Shown piece after piece: positions 36,701-49,100 of a stretch of DNA of 64,000 nt; the first letter of the stretch is position 1; the number at the start of each line of letters is the position of its first letter. The notes under the pieces are model-generated. The model was not told the DNA's origin. It saw only the letters and a program-made list of their open reading frames with translations, and did not search any database. The stretch lies in NCBI GenBank assembly GCA_051294375.1, contig CM119269.1, forward strand, positions 22,865,808 through 22,929,807, given 5' to 3'. Both the position numbers and the translations under genes were made by a program. This DNA is from Paraspadella gotoi. Its lineage: Eukaryota; Animalia; Chaetognatha.

Positions 36701-38392
36701 CTCATAATCTCTGCTTGGTCTCTTTACCCACCATCCACCATCTCCTCCAGCATCGCCTTTTCTCAGCTTCACCTCTGTCACTTGGCCTTCTCCCGACAGT
36801 TGCTCGCTCCTATATCTCTTACATCACCGCCCTTTTTCTCCCGCCATCGCATCTCTCTCTTCCAGCATTCCGTGGTCGGTCCAATCTGGCCTGCAGTTCT
36901 CTTTCTTGCCTTACCACCATCCCCTTTTCTCCCGCATAATAATCGCCCTCTCTTACTCTCCACCAGACATCATCGTCGTCATCTGGCCTCGCTGCGTATC
37001 TGTCCTCTATCTCGCTCTTAATGGTCACTCCCCACTCATCCACACCTCTCTCTTCTCCAGCACCCCTGACTCGCGGCTTTCTATAATGCGTTGAATTCAC
37101 TAGGCATCCACGCGGTGACAGGCCCTTCCTGTGTGGTTTCCGCCCAGCTCTGCCTTGTAAGTGTCTCCTTACCCCCAGCTCCAAATCACCCCCATATTTC
37201 CAGGCAGACATCATCTTTGCTTCCAGCATCACCGTCGCGCACCGCGCCTCGACGTCTCCGTCCATAAAACGTCCTAGCACCCTGTTCAATCAAACGAACT
37301 GATGAGAGGAAAAGACCTAGAACGAGTATGAGAACATTGATGCGAGGCATGACTGAACTATGCTGCAGAAGCGAATGAGTAGAGCACCACAGGAGAGGCG
37401 CGAACCCGAGATCTAGTGACCGAGAGAGTTGAGTAGCCTCGATGAGCTTGGCTCGACTCGGGAGACTCGAGAGAAACCAGAACGATGGGGCACGAACGAG
37501 AGAGGGAGAGGCCACCAGAGGAGGTGGGAGGAGAGAAGGGAGGGACGAGGGAGAAAATGGGGCTGGAGAAAAGGGAGGATTAAGGAAAAAAGAAAAAAAA
37601 GCGAGAGACAGAGGTTATGTGTGACGAGAGACTTGTTGGAGTCCAATTGAAAGTTGAAAAAGATAGGAAGGGCTTGTGTAAAGAGAAATAGAAGGAGAGA
37701 GAGAGAGAGAGATGAGATAGATCGAGAGGAGAGATCGGAGAGGAGAGGAGAGAGAGGAGAGTGAGGCGGAGGAGAGGATAGAGATGAGAGAGAGAAGAGA
37801 GAGAGAGGAGAGGAAGGTTGCAAACAAATTCCTTGAGAGGAAAAAAAGACAAACATTGGAAGAAAGAGAGCGGTAGGATGGCAAAGAGAGGAGAAGGAAA
37901 CAGAGAGGTGAAGCGAGAATTAAGGTTACGGGCTTTTGTTTTTAAACAGAAAGAGAGAGGGTAGTAAAGAGAGAGAGAGACGAGGAAAGACGAGAGAGAG
38001 ACGAGAGAGAGAGAGAGAGAGAGAGATGAGAGAAGACAGTAGCCGAGATTGAGAGAGAGAGAGAAATAAAACGCCGCANNNNNNNNNNNNNNNNNNNNNN
38101 NNNAGATTTCGTTTTCTGCGTCTGTGATAGAAAAAAAAATGATAAAAGATGCAGGAAAATAAAACTGGGATGAGGAAGAGGAGGTTGAGGAAGAGGAGGA
38201 AAAGAAGGAGGAGGAAAAAGAGGATAAAAGGAGAAAGAGGAGGAGGAAGAGGAGGTGAAAAAAGAGTGAAGGAAAGCAGTCGAATAAAAAATATGGAAAT
38301 GCGTATAAAAGTCTCGCTTAGCTATTGATGATGGACTGGAAAATGTTGGGGAATGGAGAGAGTGAGAGATAGAGAGAGAGAAAGAGAGAGAT

Positions 38393-38449
<57 letters not shown>

Positions 38450-38935
38450 TAGAGAGATGAGAGATAGATGTATTCAGAGAGAAAGAGAGAGAAAGAGAAA
38501 GAGAGAGGGAAAGAGAGAGAGAGAGAAAGAGAGATAGACAGATTTATACAAAGAGAAAGAGAGAGAGATGGAGGCCCTGGAATTGATAGGGATAAGTGGA
38601 GGATAAAATTTATGAAGTAAACAGATGTTAGAATTAGTATCTCTTTTGGTTCAGAAATAGGATCTTTTTCTCCCTTTTCAAACATCAATTGATGTGGAAA
38701 TGCTGACCTTTCACCCCAGCACTACTGATGGGAAAAAAACGTTCAATTGTCCTTTGTGAGTTGTCCTTCTTTTTTCCAGGTTTTTTTTTATGGATTGATG
38801 TTTAGAATTTTGAGTTGTTTAGAATTATTAAATGAAGAAGAATATCTTAGTAAAATATTTAAAAATTATTGAATTGACTAGACTTATCGAATCTTGATGG
38901 TAAAGCTGTGTAATCATATTAAACCACCATAGCCT
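32309..38935. other. Large inverted duplication: about 32309-34950 versus 36800-38935
   Basis: Identical peptides at 34463..34933 (+) and 36819..37289 (-); CTATGGTGGTT at 32310 mirrors AACCACCATAG at about 38921. Confidence 0.9.
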
Positions 38936-39209
38936 ATTCATAGTCACTTGGCAAGATATTGTAAAAGATAGATTTCTACAATAAATGAATTAGACGGAAT
39001 TAATTTCATTTTCATATTGAAGTAGATTATTTCCAGTGCCATTGCTTTTTGATCTGTTTTAATATATTTGAGATTTAAAATTTGAAAAAAATTCTCAAGA
39101 AAACCTAAGACAAAACATTTAAAATCTCAGATTTAAAGAAAAGAAAATTCTCAAATTTCTGAGGATTCAACACCTGAGGCTGAGATGCGCATCATGATTT
39201 AAGACGCAC

Positions 39210-39304
39210 CTGTCTTTTGATGCCAAACGCTTTCCCTTCGTTTCGGTGTCTGGTTTTATTGCAAGAAGACCTCCATCTGATTTAGCACCTAACATCATTG
39301 TCAT
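39210..39304 (-). CDS. Weak candidate first coding exon, MTMMLGAKSDGGLLAIKPDTETKGKRLASKD
   Basis: ATG directly after an in-frame TGA, open to an AG|GTGCGT donor at 39209; complex sequence; no homology recognised. Confidence 0.2.
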
Positions 39305-39649
39305 TCATCCGATGCTCTTTTCTCTTTCTTATAAATTTTTGGGGATCCTTACTTGATGGACTGACTGACCTCTCTTCTTTTTCTATACCTCACTCTTTCT
39401 CTCTCTCTTTCTATCTCTCTCTGTCGCTTTCTTTCTATCTCTTTATCATTCTCTCTCCTGTCACCCCTTTTTCTGTCTCCCTCTATCTCACACTCTCCCT
39501 CTCTCTCCCTCCCTCCCTCTTCCTTCCTTCCTTCCTCTCTCTCTCCCTCTCTCTCTCCCTCTCCTTCCCTTTCCTTTCCTCCCCAAGTCGCGAGTCTTTT
39601 TTTTTCCTTCGGAGGCGAGAATCGTTTTGAAACTGGATTCCCACTGGCG

Positions 39650-40935
39650 CAGAGAGAAAAAAGAAAAGGGAGGAAAAAGGGAGGAAAGGGAGGAGGAATA
39701 GAAAGGAAAGAAAAAGGTAGTAAAGGAAAGGGAGAAAGAGGAAAGGAAAAAGAGAGAAAAAGGAGGAAAGAAAAGGAAGGAGGAGAAAAGGAAAAAGAGG
39801 AAAAAGGGAGGAAAGGAAATGGAGGAGGAGAAAAAGGAAAGGAAGAAAAAAGGGAGAAAGGAAAAGAAGGAAAAAGGTGAAAAAGAAAGGGAGGAAAGGA
39901 AAGGGAGGATGAGGAAAGGAAAGTTAGGAAAAAGGGAGGAAAGGAAAGAGAGAGGACTAAAAGGAAAGGAAGGAAAAGGGAGAAAAGGAAGAGGAGAGAA
40001 GGGAAAAGAAAAGAGAGGCGGGAGGATCCCGTTTTGAAACTAGGATTCCCACTGGCGCATGAGATGAAAAAAGACAAAGTGTGAAGAGAGAAAAAGGGGA
40101 AGGAAATGGCGGAAACAGGAATAGAAAGAAAAGAAAAAAAGATGTAAAGGAAAGGAGGAAGAGGGTGGAAGGAAGAAGGATAGAAAGGAGGAATAAAAGG
40201 AAATGAGGAGAAAGGAAAGAAAAAAAGAGAGGAAAAAGGGAGGAAAGGAAATGGAGGAGGAGAAAAAGGAAAGGAAAGGAATAAAAGGCAAGAAAAGGAA
40301 AAGAAGGAAAAATTGGAGAAGAAAGAGGAAAAGGGAGGAGAAAAAGGTAAGAGGAAAGGAAAGAAGTGAAGAGGAAAGGAGTAGGAAAGAAGGAGAAGGA
40401 CTAAAAGGAAAGAAGGACTAAAGGGAGGAAAGGAAAAGAAGAAAAGGAGAAAAGAAAGGGAGGAAGGGAAAGGCGGGAGGAAAGGTGAAAGAGGTAGGGG
40501 AAAAGGAGAATAAAAGAGGGGAAGGAAAGGAAACAGTTAGGCAGGAAGGAAAGGAAAGTGGACCAAGGAAAATAGAAGGGAGAGGAAAGGAAGAGGAGTA
40601 AAGGAAGGGAAGGAAAAGGAGAGAAAAGGAAGGGAAAGAACGGAGAAAAGAAAAGAGAGGTGTGGGAAAAATGGAGAAATGGACAGAGAGAAAAATGTAA
40701 GATCGAGGATTTAAGAGAATGCAGTAGAAGAAAGTCGAGCGACAAAGGAGGAAAAATGTTGAAAGCAAAGAGTGGGAAAATGTAAAGAAAGGAAGCTGAA
40801 AAGAAATGAGAGATGAGAGAGAGAGAGAGAAGAGCACAGAGGACAGAGAGATGAGAGAGAGGAGAGAAGAGAAGAGAGAGAGAAGTAGAGAGAGAGAGAG
40901 AAAGAGAGAGAGACGAGAGAGAGAGAGAGAGAGAT
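39650..40935. repeat. ~1.3-kb polypurine (GGAAA/GAG) low-complexity tract
   Basis: Almost only A and G on the + strand; GTTTTGAAACT(A)GGATTCCCACTGGCGCA occurs twice (about 39624 and 40031). Confidence 0.9.
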
Positions 40936-41079
40936 CAGAGAGCGAGAGGAGGCATTGCTCTTCGGGAAAGGCAAGCGGAACAAAAAAGCAGAAAAATGAA
41001 AACAGACGAAAAGCGCATTCGTGTAGGGAAACTAGAAGCTTTACAGCTTCTCTCTTCCTCTCTCTCTCTCTCTCTTCTG

Positions 41080-41110
<31 letters not shown>

Positions 41111-42865
41111 TCTCTCTCTCTCTCTTCTTCTCAAAAAACCCGGAATCCGCCTCCGGCTTTCCGGCTCGCGCGGCATTTCGTTTTGCGAGACTCTGCATTA
41201 AGGCGGCGTCAAAATTGAACACTTTTTATAACTTTTAATTCTCTCCAAAAAAATTCCTTTTTTTCCTTTCTATTTACTAAATCGTTTTTTCAATGTAACT
41301 TTTTGAATTTTAGATTCATTGGGTTGTTGCACTTGAACAGTCTTTTAATTATTTTATTAATATATAACAAATACTAAAAATTTTTTTTTGAAATTAGTTT
41401 TTTAAGAGAACGCGATTCCTATAGAGCTTGAAAGTTAATGAAAGTTAGTACTTACAGTTTTTAAAAATTTTGACAAGGAAATTGGTTGTTTGTGTTTATT
41501 AAAAACACGAAAAAACGTCTAAAAATCATCTCATTCATCAATCATTGGCTGAATTTTATAGTTTTTTAAATTTTTATCAAATAAAACAAAAAAATTTTCT
41601 AAAAATTTCTGTATTTAATAACCCTTCATCTAACTTTTTAAAGCTTTCTATCAGAATGCCATTAAAAAAATTGAAAAATTCAAAAAAAATTTAACTTATA
41701 TTAGTAATAAAATAATCTTGATAAATTGGCTTCCGTGCGCTTATTTAATAGATAATTTTTTTAAAATTATTTTTATTTTCATCTTCTCTAACAGTCAACT
41801 TCTATCAATTATTTATTTTGAGAGAACTTTTCTAGTTTTTTTTCAAAAAGACACCCCTGTTTCCGCCCTACTCTGGCATGTTTCGCACTCACGGTATGTG
41901 CGCGCACGAAGTCACGTGACGAAAACCGGATTTCCGGACATTCGTTGCTGACGTGACGTGCGACATTGGAAGAGAGAGAGAACGAGAGAGGAGAGGAGAG
42001 GGAGAGAGAAGAGAGGACGGACGAGAGATGAGACAGGAGAGAGAGAGAGAGAGAGACGAGAGAGAGAAAAAGAGATTTATTTTGATTGATTTATTCTGCT
42101 CTAATGGTTAATAAAACACATTTACAATCACAGAATCGTAAGAGAGCCGTACCATGGATATTATGTGCATACAAGTCATGTAAAAAATATAAAAACAATA
42201 ATTAAAAAAATTCATTAAATAAATAAACGAGCGACAAATGGTAAATTACAAAAAAGAAAAACTTCTATATACAGTATCTTTAAGCTTTCTATGATGGAAG
42301 ATGAGAGAGAGATGATGAGAGAGGAGAGAAGATAGAGAGAGAGGAGATGATGAGAGAGNNNNNNNNNNNNNNNNNNNNNNNNNGAGAGAGAGAGACTATT
42401 TGAGCAAAAGGTAGGGGATAAAAATATTGTGATTAAAAAATAATCTCAAATTAGAATTTGATTGGATTTCGTTTGTTTGCGTCGCTGATCACCAGATTCT
42501 CAGGAAGTCGAGATAAGCAGATTAGAGAGGTTAGATAGAAAAGAAAATAGAGAGGAGGGGAGTTAGACAGGAGAGGAGTGAAAGAGGAGAGAGGTTAGAT
42601 AGGAGAGAGGTTAGATAGGATAGAAAAGAGAAGACAGGCGAGGGAAGATACTACATAATATTAATTTTGGATATCATTTAAAAAAATATAGATTTTTTTT
42701 ATCCCAAAAAACTTTTGCGGTTTAATTAATGACAACATTAAATAAATTAATGACATAATTCTCAATAATGTTAGTGATAAGATTCACAAACCGAAAAGGG
42801 AAAACTTACTCAAACATCGCAGTCACTCACAACAGACTCGATTTGTGAAGCGATCAGTGATTCAA

Positions 42866-42913
<48 letters not shown>

Positions 42914-45195
42914 CACTACCTTTTCTTGTGTTTTGCGGAAACAAAATTTAGAAATTAATATAAATTTTGATAATTTGATTTGATAATTTGATAATTCAAT
43001 GTTTTTTATTTAATAATTTTAAGAAATTTAAAATTTTATAATTTAGATAATTTTAATATTTTTAAAAATACCAAATTAAATGCTATAAACAATTTCAACT
43101 AAAGCACACTACTACTAAAAAGTATGTTTTGTCTTACCTTTTTTAAATATTGTTATGCAGCTTGTCAGCTTTCCCACTACGTTTATTATATTTTCCCTTT
43201 TTTTCCATCTAAATACTGTTACCCACTTTTTCCGTACTAAACAGTAAGAATGTAATAACTTCTCCTATCTCCTACCTTTCTATTTTCTATCTTCCTATAT
43301 CCTACCTTTCTATTTTCCTCTCCCATCTACTTTTCTATTCCTCACCTCTCTTTACGCCNNNNNNNNNNNNNNNNNNNNNNNNNAAAAAGAGAGAGATAGA
43401 CCAAAATTCTGAGGAAAAATAAAGTATGAATAAGACAAAGAGAAAATGATAACCAAGTCAATAGATAGAAAGTTACAATAGATATCAAGAGAAATGGATA
43501 GAAAGAAGAGATACAAAGTTAGAAACCTTACAAGGACAGAAATGTCATTTAAAATACGTAAAATATTAAGAGGGAGAAAATTAAAGTAATGTTAATTGTT
43601 TGGGCACAACCCAGGTTGGACTCATCAGCTTAAATGACGACCATCAACAGAATTTATACATTAAAGGGTCACCAAGATTATGGAGAGAGGATAGTTGTCA
43701 AATCTCCACATTTTCAACGGAAGATATATATGAAATTGCCATGAGGACCTGGTCTTATTGGCGCGGGTATATTCACGACCGCCTCACGTCACCAATCCAT
43801 TCAGCCAAATCCACTGGCCACGCAGCACAATATTCCCAAGGAGACGCGTATGCAAAGCACACGCAATATCTGAGGCACAGACTCGGCACCGCGCGAGAGA
43901 GCTAACCTGGCCAGGGTAATCGAGGCGCAGCGAGGACCGACTAGGCTAGCTGAGAGAGCATACGGGAGATGCGAGACCACATAGCAAGCAGAGAGAGAGA
44001 GGGAAGGATCCAATGGAGGCATCAGAAGCAACCCGGCGCGAAGGGGAGGAGCGCCACCGAGTAGCACAGCAGTTGACTCTATCGAACACGCAACCGCGAT
44101 GCGCACCGTGCCCACGATATAGGTAAAGCATATCACACCGCCTAAGCGCGACTAGTCGCTCCAGACTCGCTCGCCCAGCTCGCTCTCAACTATGGCAATG
44201 AGATCAAAAAGACTTCTCTCAAGACCATCTCACTCAGGGATTTGAGGCCCTGTGGAGAACGTCTGTGTGGGGATCTCTGGGTGGCAAGCAAGACTTAAAA
44301 GCTTGCTCACGGCTGTCGGGTGTCCGTGATAGACCATCAGCTCGTCCTCATCAATGGCTGAGCAGGCTAAATCATAGGCTCATTCCATCCGTGTGAGCAA
44401 TAGGCGCAGGGGACATCGGATGAGGGCGTACCCCGGGTTCAATCCCATCTGGTATCCGCAGTTCTGAGCTTAAATGTACGGGTGCCGGTGATGAAGAACA
44501 CAATGCCTAGTGACAGGGAGGCGGTCACTGAAGAGGTGCAGCCGCAGGCCTAGACGAGCCAGTGGTGAGATTATACAACCGACCCGCGCCCGTTACGGGA
44601 TATACAGGCTATCCTCATTGCCATATCTTTACATTCATGAAAATAGAGAATTGTGAAGGAACCTAAAACCCTGAAACAATTTTAAAAACAGATGAACACG
44701 CTTTGAGTAATTTTGGATCTTAGTAACCTAAATTTTGCAATACGACCAGGATATACGAAAGTTAGCGAGGTTTAAAAAAACGATAATATTGTATCAAAAT
44801 AAAAGGCACGAAAAAACGTATATATCAAATAAAGAACGAATGTAAAAACTGTTAAAAACAGGGTAAGAAACTATTTAAAAAACAAAGTTAAAAATATCGT
44901 GCGTCGAGATAATAATATAACGCTCTAGCGGGTTTGGGAAAAACGGTATGGCCGTCCGTTCTAACAGATCAAATAGTGATCTCTAACAATACACGACCAA
45001 CGCGTTTCCTCAAAGGCTGCGCGCGGAAACCGCGGTAAAAAAAGGTAAAATTATCTTGCTCCAATCTCGACAGTGATTGGTCCACGACCCGCCAATCCAG
45101 GACGCAGGGAAGAAGGCTTGGCATTTTGCGATCCAAAACGCGAAAGGGGAACCGCGCGGGCCGCAACACAGATAACAAGTAATATATTGACGTTC

Positions 45196-45400
45196 AAATT
45201 ATCCATTCATTTTAATAAGCTAGTCTTGGCCCCTGACTTATGGACAGGGCTTGGTTGGTGAGTTTAAGGCCTGCCCATCACTCTTACAAAGATAATGACA
45301 TAGAGAGTCGCCTGAAAGGCGAAAGCTTTCAATCAAGACTACTCACTCACTAGTCTCGTTATCCACTCCCGAGTCCTTCCCCGATCAAATGAAGTGGTAT
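45196..45400 (-). mobile_element. F1 element, noisy mirror image of the 45919-46111 copy
   Basis: Same variant (TGAAAGGCGAAAGCTTTCA) and the same flanks in inverted orientation; a third, very noisy rendering lies at about 51700-52035. Confidence 0.8.
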
Positions 45401-45918
45401 TACATAATGTTTCAGATTTTACGAAGTAGGGACCACTGCAATTAAGGTTAGTATTTCGTGACAAAATGTATATAAAAGACGATAATAAAGCCTTAAACAA
45501 AAACCGGGTTTAGCCTCGAGTAAAGACTGGAAAAAAGGTAGAGATTTGAAGTAATGAACGAACTGGAAAAGGAAAAAAGCGCGATTATGCGACAGGAACC
45601 CAAAGATAAGAATAAGGGAGGGGAGAGAGAGAGGGGGGAGAGAGGAAAGAGCGGAAGAAGAGAGAAAAAGAGAGAGAAGAGAGAAGGAGAGAGAGGGGGG
45701 ATAGAGAGAGAGAGTGAGAGAGAGACCGGATTCATGGAGGACAAGGGTTGAAATAGGGACAGTTTCGTTCATTACTTCAAATCCTCTACCTTTTTTTTCC
45801 ATCTTTACTCGAGGCTAAACCCGGTTTTGTTTAAGGCTTATTATGTCTTATTTTAATACATAAATGACGAAATACTAACCTAATGCAGTGGTCCTCTTGT
45901 AAAATTGAAACATTATGA

Positions 45919-46111
45919 ATACCACTTCATTGATCGGGAAGGTACTCTGGGAGTGGATAAACGAGACTGTGAGAGAGTCTTGATTGAAAGCTTTCGCCTT
46001 TCAGGGACCTCTATGTCATTATCTTGTAAGAGTGATGGAGGCCTTAAACCACCAAAGCCTGTCCAAAGTCAGGGGCAAGATAGCTTATTTATTAAATGAA
46101 TGGATAATTTT
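45919..46111 (+). mobile_element. F1 element, full-length variant
   Basis: ATACCACTTCATTGAT...AATGAATGGATAATTTT; has a longer TGAAAG/CTTTCA hairpin and lacks 4 nt after GGGAAG relative to the 18.5 and 19.7 kb copies. Confidence 0.9.
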
Positions 46112-49100
46112 GAATTCAATATATTACTCAAGCGTGTCATCTGTTTTAAAATTGTTTCAGGTTTAAGGCTTCGTTCACAATGCTCTATTTTCATGAATGT
46201 AAAAGACAGAATTCTTCGTATCTTCGTTTGAAAATGTTTGAAGATTTGACAATCTGAAGATAACTATCAGTACTATCCATAATCTGGTGACTCTTTAATG
46301 TATAAATCTGTAATGGTCGTCATTTAAGCTGATGAGTCCAACCTGGGTTGTGCCCAAACATTTTTAACATTTAATTCTTTTATTCTCATATTAATATTTT
46401 ATTTTTACGTATTTTAAATGACATTTTTTCTATCCTTTGTGGTTCTAACCTTTGTATCTCTATCTTTCTATCCACTCTCTTGATATCTATTGTCTTTCTA
46501 TCTATTGACTTGTTATCATTTTCATTTGTCTTATCATACTATTTATTTTCTCCTCAGAATTTTGTCTTTTTTTGATTTTTTCTTTCTATCCTCCATCTTT
46601 CTTTCCCCTTTTTTTCAATAACTATTTTGTTTTTCTATACTTTCTTTCCATGCTTTGTATTTCTATCCTTTGTCTTCCCATAACTTGTCTTTCTATCCTC
46701 TGTCTTTCCATACCTTGTCTTTCTATCCTCTGTCTTTCCAACTGATGTCTTTCCCTCCCGATTATCTTGTTCTTCCACTTTTCGGATATCGCGCTACACT
46801 TTGTCCTACTTTTACCTTTTCCCATCTACGTCGTCGTTGCTAATATGTCGAGAGCAAATTGTCTCTCTCTCTCTCTCTCTCTCTCTCTAGAGAGAGAGAG
46901 AGAGAGGAGAGAGAGAGCTCTTGGGTAATTGAGGAGAGTATAATGAAGATGAGAAGAGAAAGAGAGAGAGAGAGAGCAATTTGCTCTCGACATATTAGCA
47001 ACGACGACTAGAATGGGAAAGGTAAAAAGTATGAACAAAAGTGTACGCGATATCCCGAAATGGAAGAAACAGAATAATCGGGAGGGAAAAGACATCAAGT
47101 GGAAGAACAGGATAAAAGACAAGTATGGAAAGACCAAAGTAAGAAATACCAAAGCATGGAAAAGAAAGTATAGAAAAAAAATAGTTATTGAAAAAAAAGG
47201 GAAAGAAAGATCGTAAGGATAGAAAGAAAAATCAAAAAAAAAGACAAAATTCTGAGAAAATATAAAAAGCTATGATAACAACAAATGAAAATGATAACTA
47301 AGTCAATAGATAGAAAGACAAATAGATATCAGAGAGTGGAAGAAAAATGAGATACAAAGTTTAGAACCACAAAGGACAGAAAAAATTCATTACAATACGT
47401 AAAAAATAAAATATTAAGAAAATAGAATTAAATGGTTAAAATGTTTGGCACAACCCAGTGACTCATCAGCTTAAAATGACGAAACCATCACAGATTTATA
47501 CAGTTAATGGGTCCTCAAGATTATGAAGTAGTACTGATAGTTGTCAAATCTTCAAACTTTTCAAACGAAAGATACTAAGAATCTGTCTTTTGTGCGGGCG
47601 GTATAGTTCACACCGCCTCAACGTCCAGACCATCCTTCAGCAAATCCATTGCTCAGAGGAGAACAACACGCATCGCAAGCGTAGTGTTCCATCCCAACAT
47701 CCTCAAGCGACTTCCCTCGGCGTTGGCAAAGCGAGAGTACCTCAGGGTAATCTCGCGCCAGGACTGGGCGTCAACTTGAGGGGAAGCCAAACCACAGTGA
47801 GATGCCCATCCCACTGGCATCACAGGCAAGCCCGGACTGTTGCATTAAGTGGTGAGCCCGAACTCTCGAAGCCGGGTCGGTCGTTTCCCCGCAAATTGAG
47901 TAACTCTGAGCGCCATTACGCGGCACCTAGAGCCCGCTTTGCTTGTCCTTACTCTGCCAGGGATCCCGTCCAAGACGCCTTTTCTCGCACAGGGGGCCTC
48001 ATCCTTTGAAAGGGAGGATGTCTGAAGAGAAAAGGGTTTCTGATCTCTCCATTGCCAATTAGTGAGAGCGAGCAAGCGGCGCGAGCCGAGTCTGGAGTTC
48101 AGCGTACGGTAAGAGTCGGATAGGGCGTGATCACAATTAGCACTACCGTTACACTCGGTGCGCCGCTACAGGTGCGTCCCACGCGGTTATGGCGTGTTCG
48201 AGAGTCGGGCTCACCGACTCTATGGCAACAGCCCGGGTTGCGCATTGTGAGTGAGCCCATTGGATTGCGGGCATCTCACCGCTCTGCGTTGGCTTTGGGG
48301 CTTCCACCTGCGTGCGGGCCCACACCTGCGCGAGCGGTTTACCCTAGGACGGCGGTCTCGCTTTGCCCAACCGCCAGAGCGGAAGTTCGCTTAGGACTGC
48401 GTCGGATGGAGAACGACTAGCGCTTTGGATCGTGTGTGTCTCCTCTGCAGCCAACCTGGATTTGGGTGCTGACATGGCATGGCTGGATCGTGAGGCGGTG
48501 TGAGGATCATAGCCGCCGGCAAAACGACCGGACATTTCTTCACGCTCAATCTTCGTTCTGAACATGTTGAAGATTTGACAAGACTCATCAGTACTACTCC
48601 ATAATCTGGTGCCCTTTCACATGTACAGTAGAATCTGGTCGAGAGTGGTCCGTCATTTAAAGCTGATGAGCTCCAACCTGGGTTGCTGTGCCAAGAGCGA
48701 TTTTAACAAGTTTAATTTTCTCTTTAACTACTTGTTATTTTTGACGTATTTTAAATGACAATTTTTTCTGTCCATTCTGTTGGTTCTAACCTTCTGTACT
48801 ATCCCTCTATCTTTCTATCCACTCTCTTGATATCTAATTGTCATTTCACCTCTTATTGACCCTTGTTATCATTTATTCAATTTGTCTTATGCATACTTTT
48901 TCATTTTCTACCTCAGAATTTTGTCTTTTTTGATTTTTTCTCTTTCTATCCTCCCATCTTTCTTTCCTTTTTGTTTGCCAAATAACTAATTTTGTTTTTC
49001 TATCAACTGTCTCTGTCCATGCTTTGTATTGTCTACTCCTTCTGTCTTTCACCTACTGCTTGTCTTTCTATCCTTGTCTTTCCAACTGGATGTCTTCTCC

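Noticed and set aside
34463-37289. 156-aa ORF present twice in inverted orientation
   Set aside because: Lies in the fold-back and appears to derive from a degenerate TTTTCTCCAGCATC/CCCCATCACC repeat; no domain recognisable.
45919-45960. 5S rRNA-derived head in F1 (ATACCAC, GGAAG, GTACT..GGGAG)
   Set aside because: Only short words match and their spacing is incompatible with 5S rRNA.
45905-46099. F1 peptide MSLSCKSDGGLKPPKPVQSQGQDSLFIK as a conserved small protein
   Set aside because: Recurs only because the repeat recurs; the upstream frame is shifted between copies by indels.
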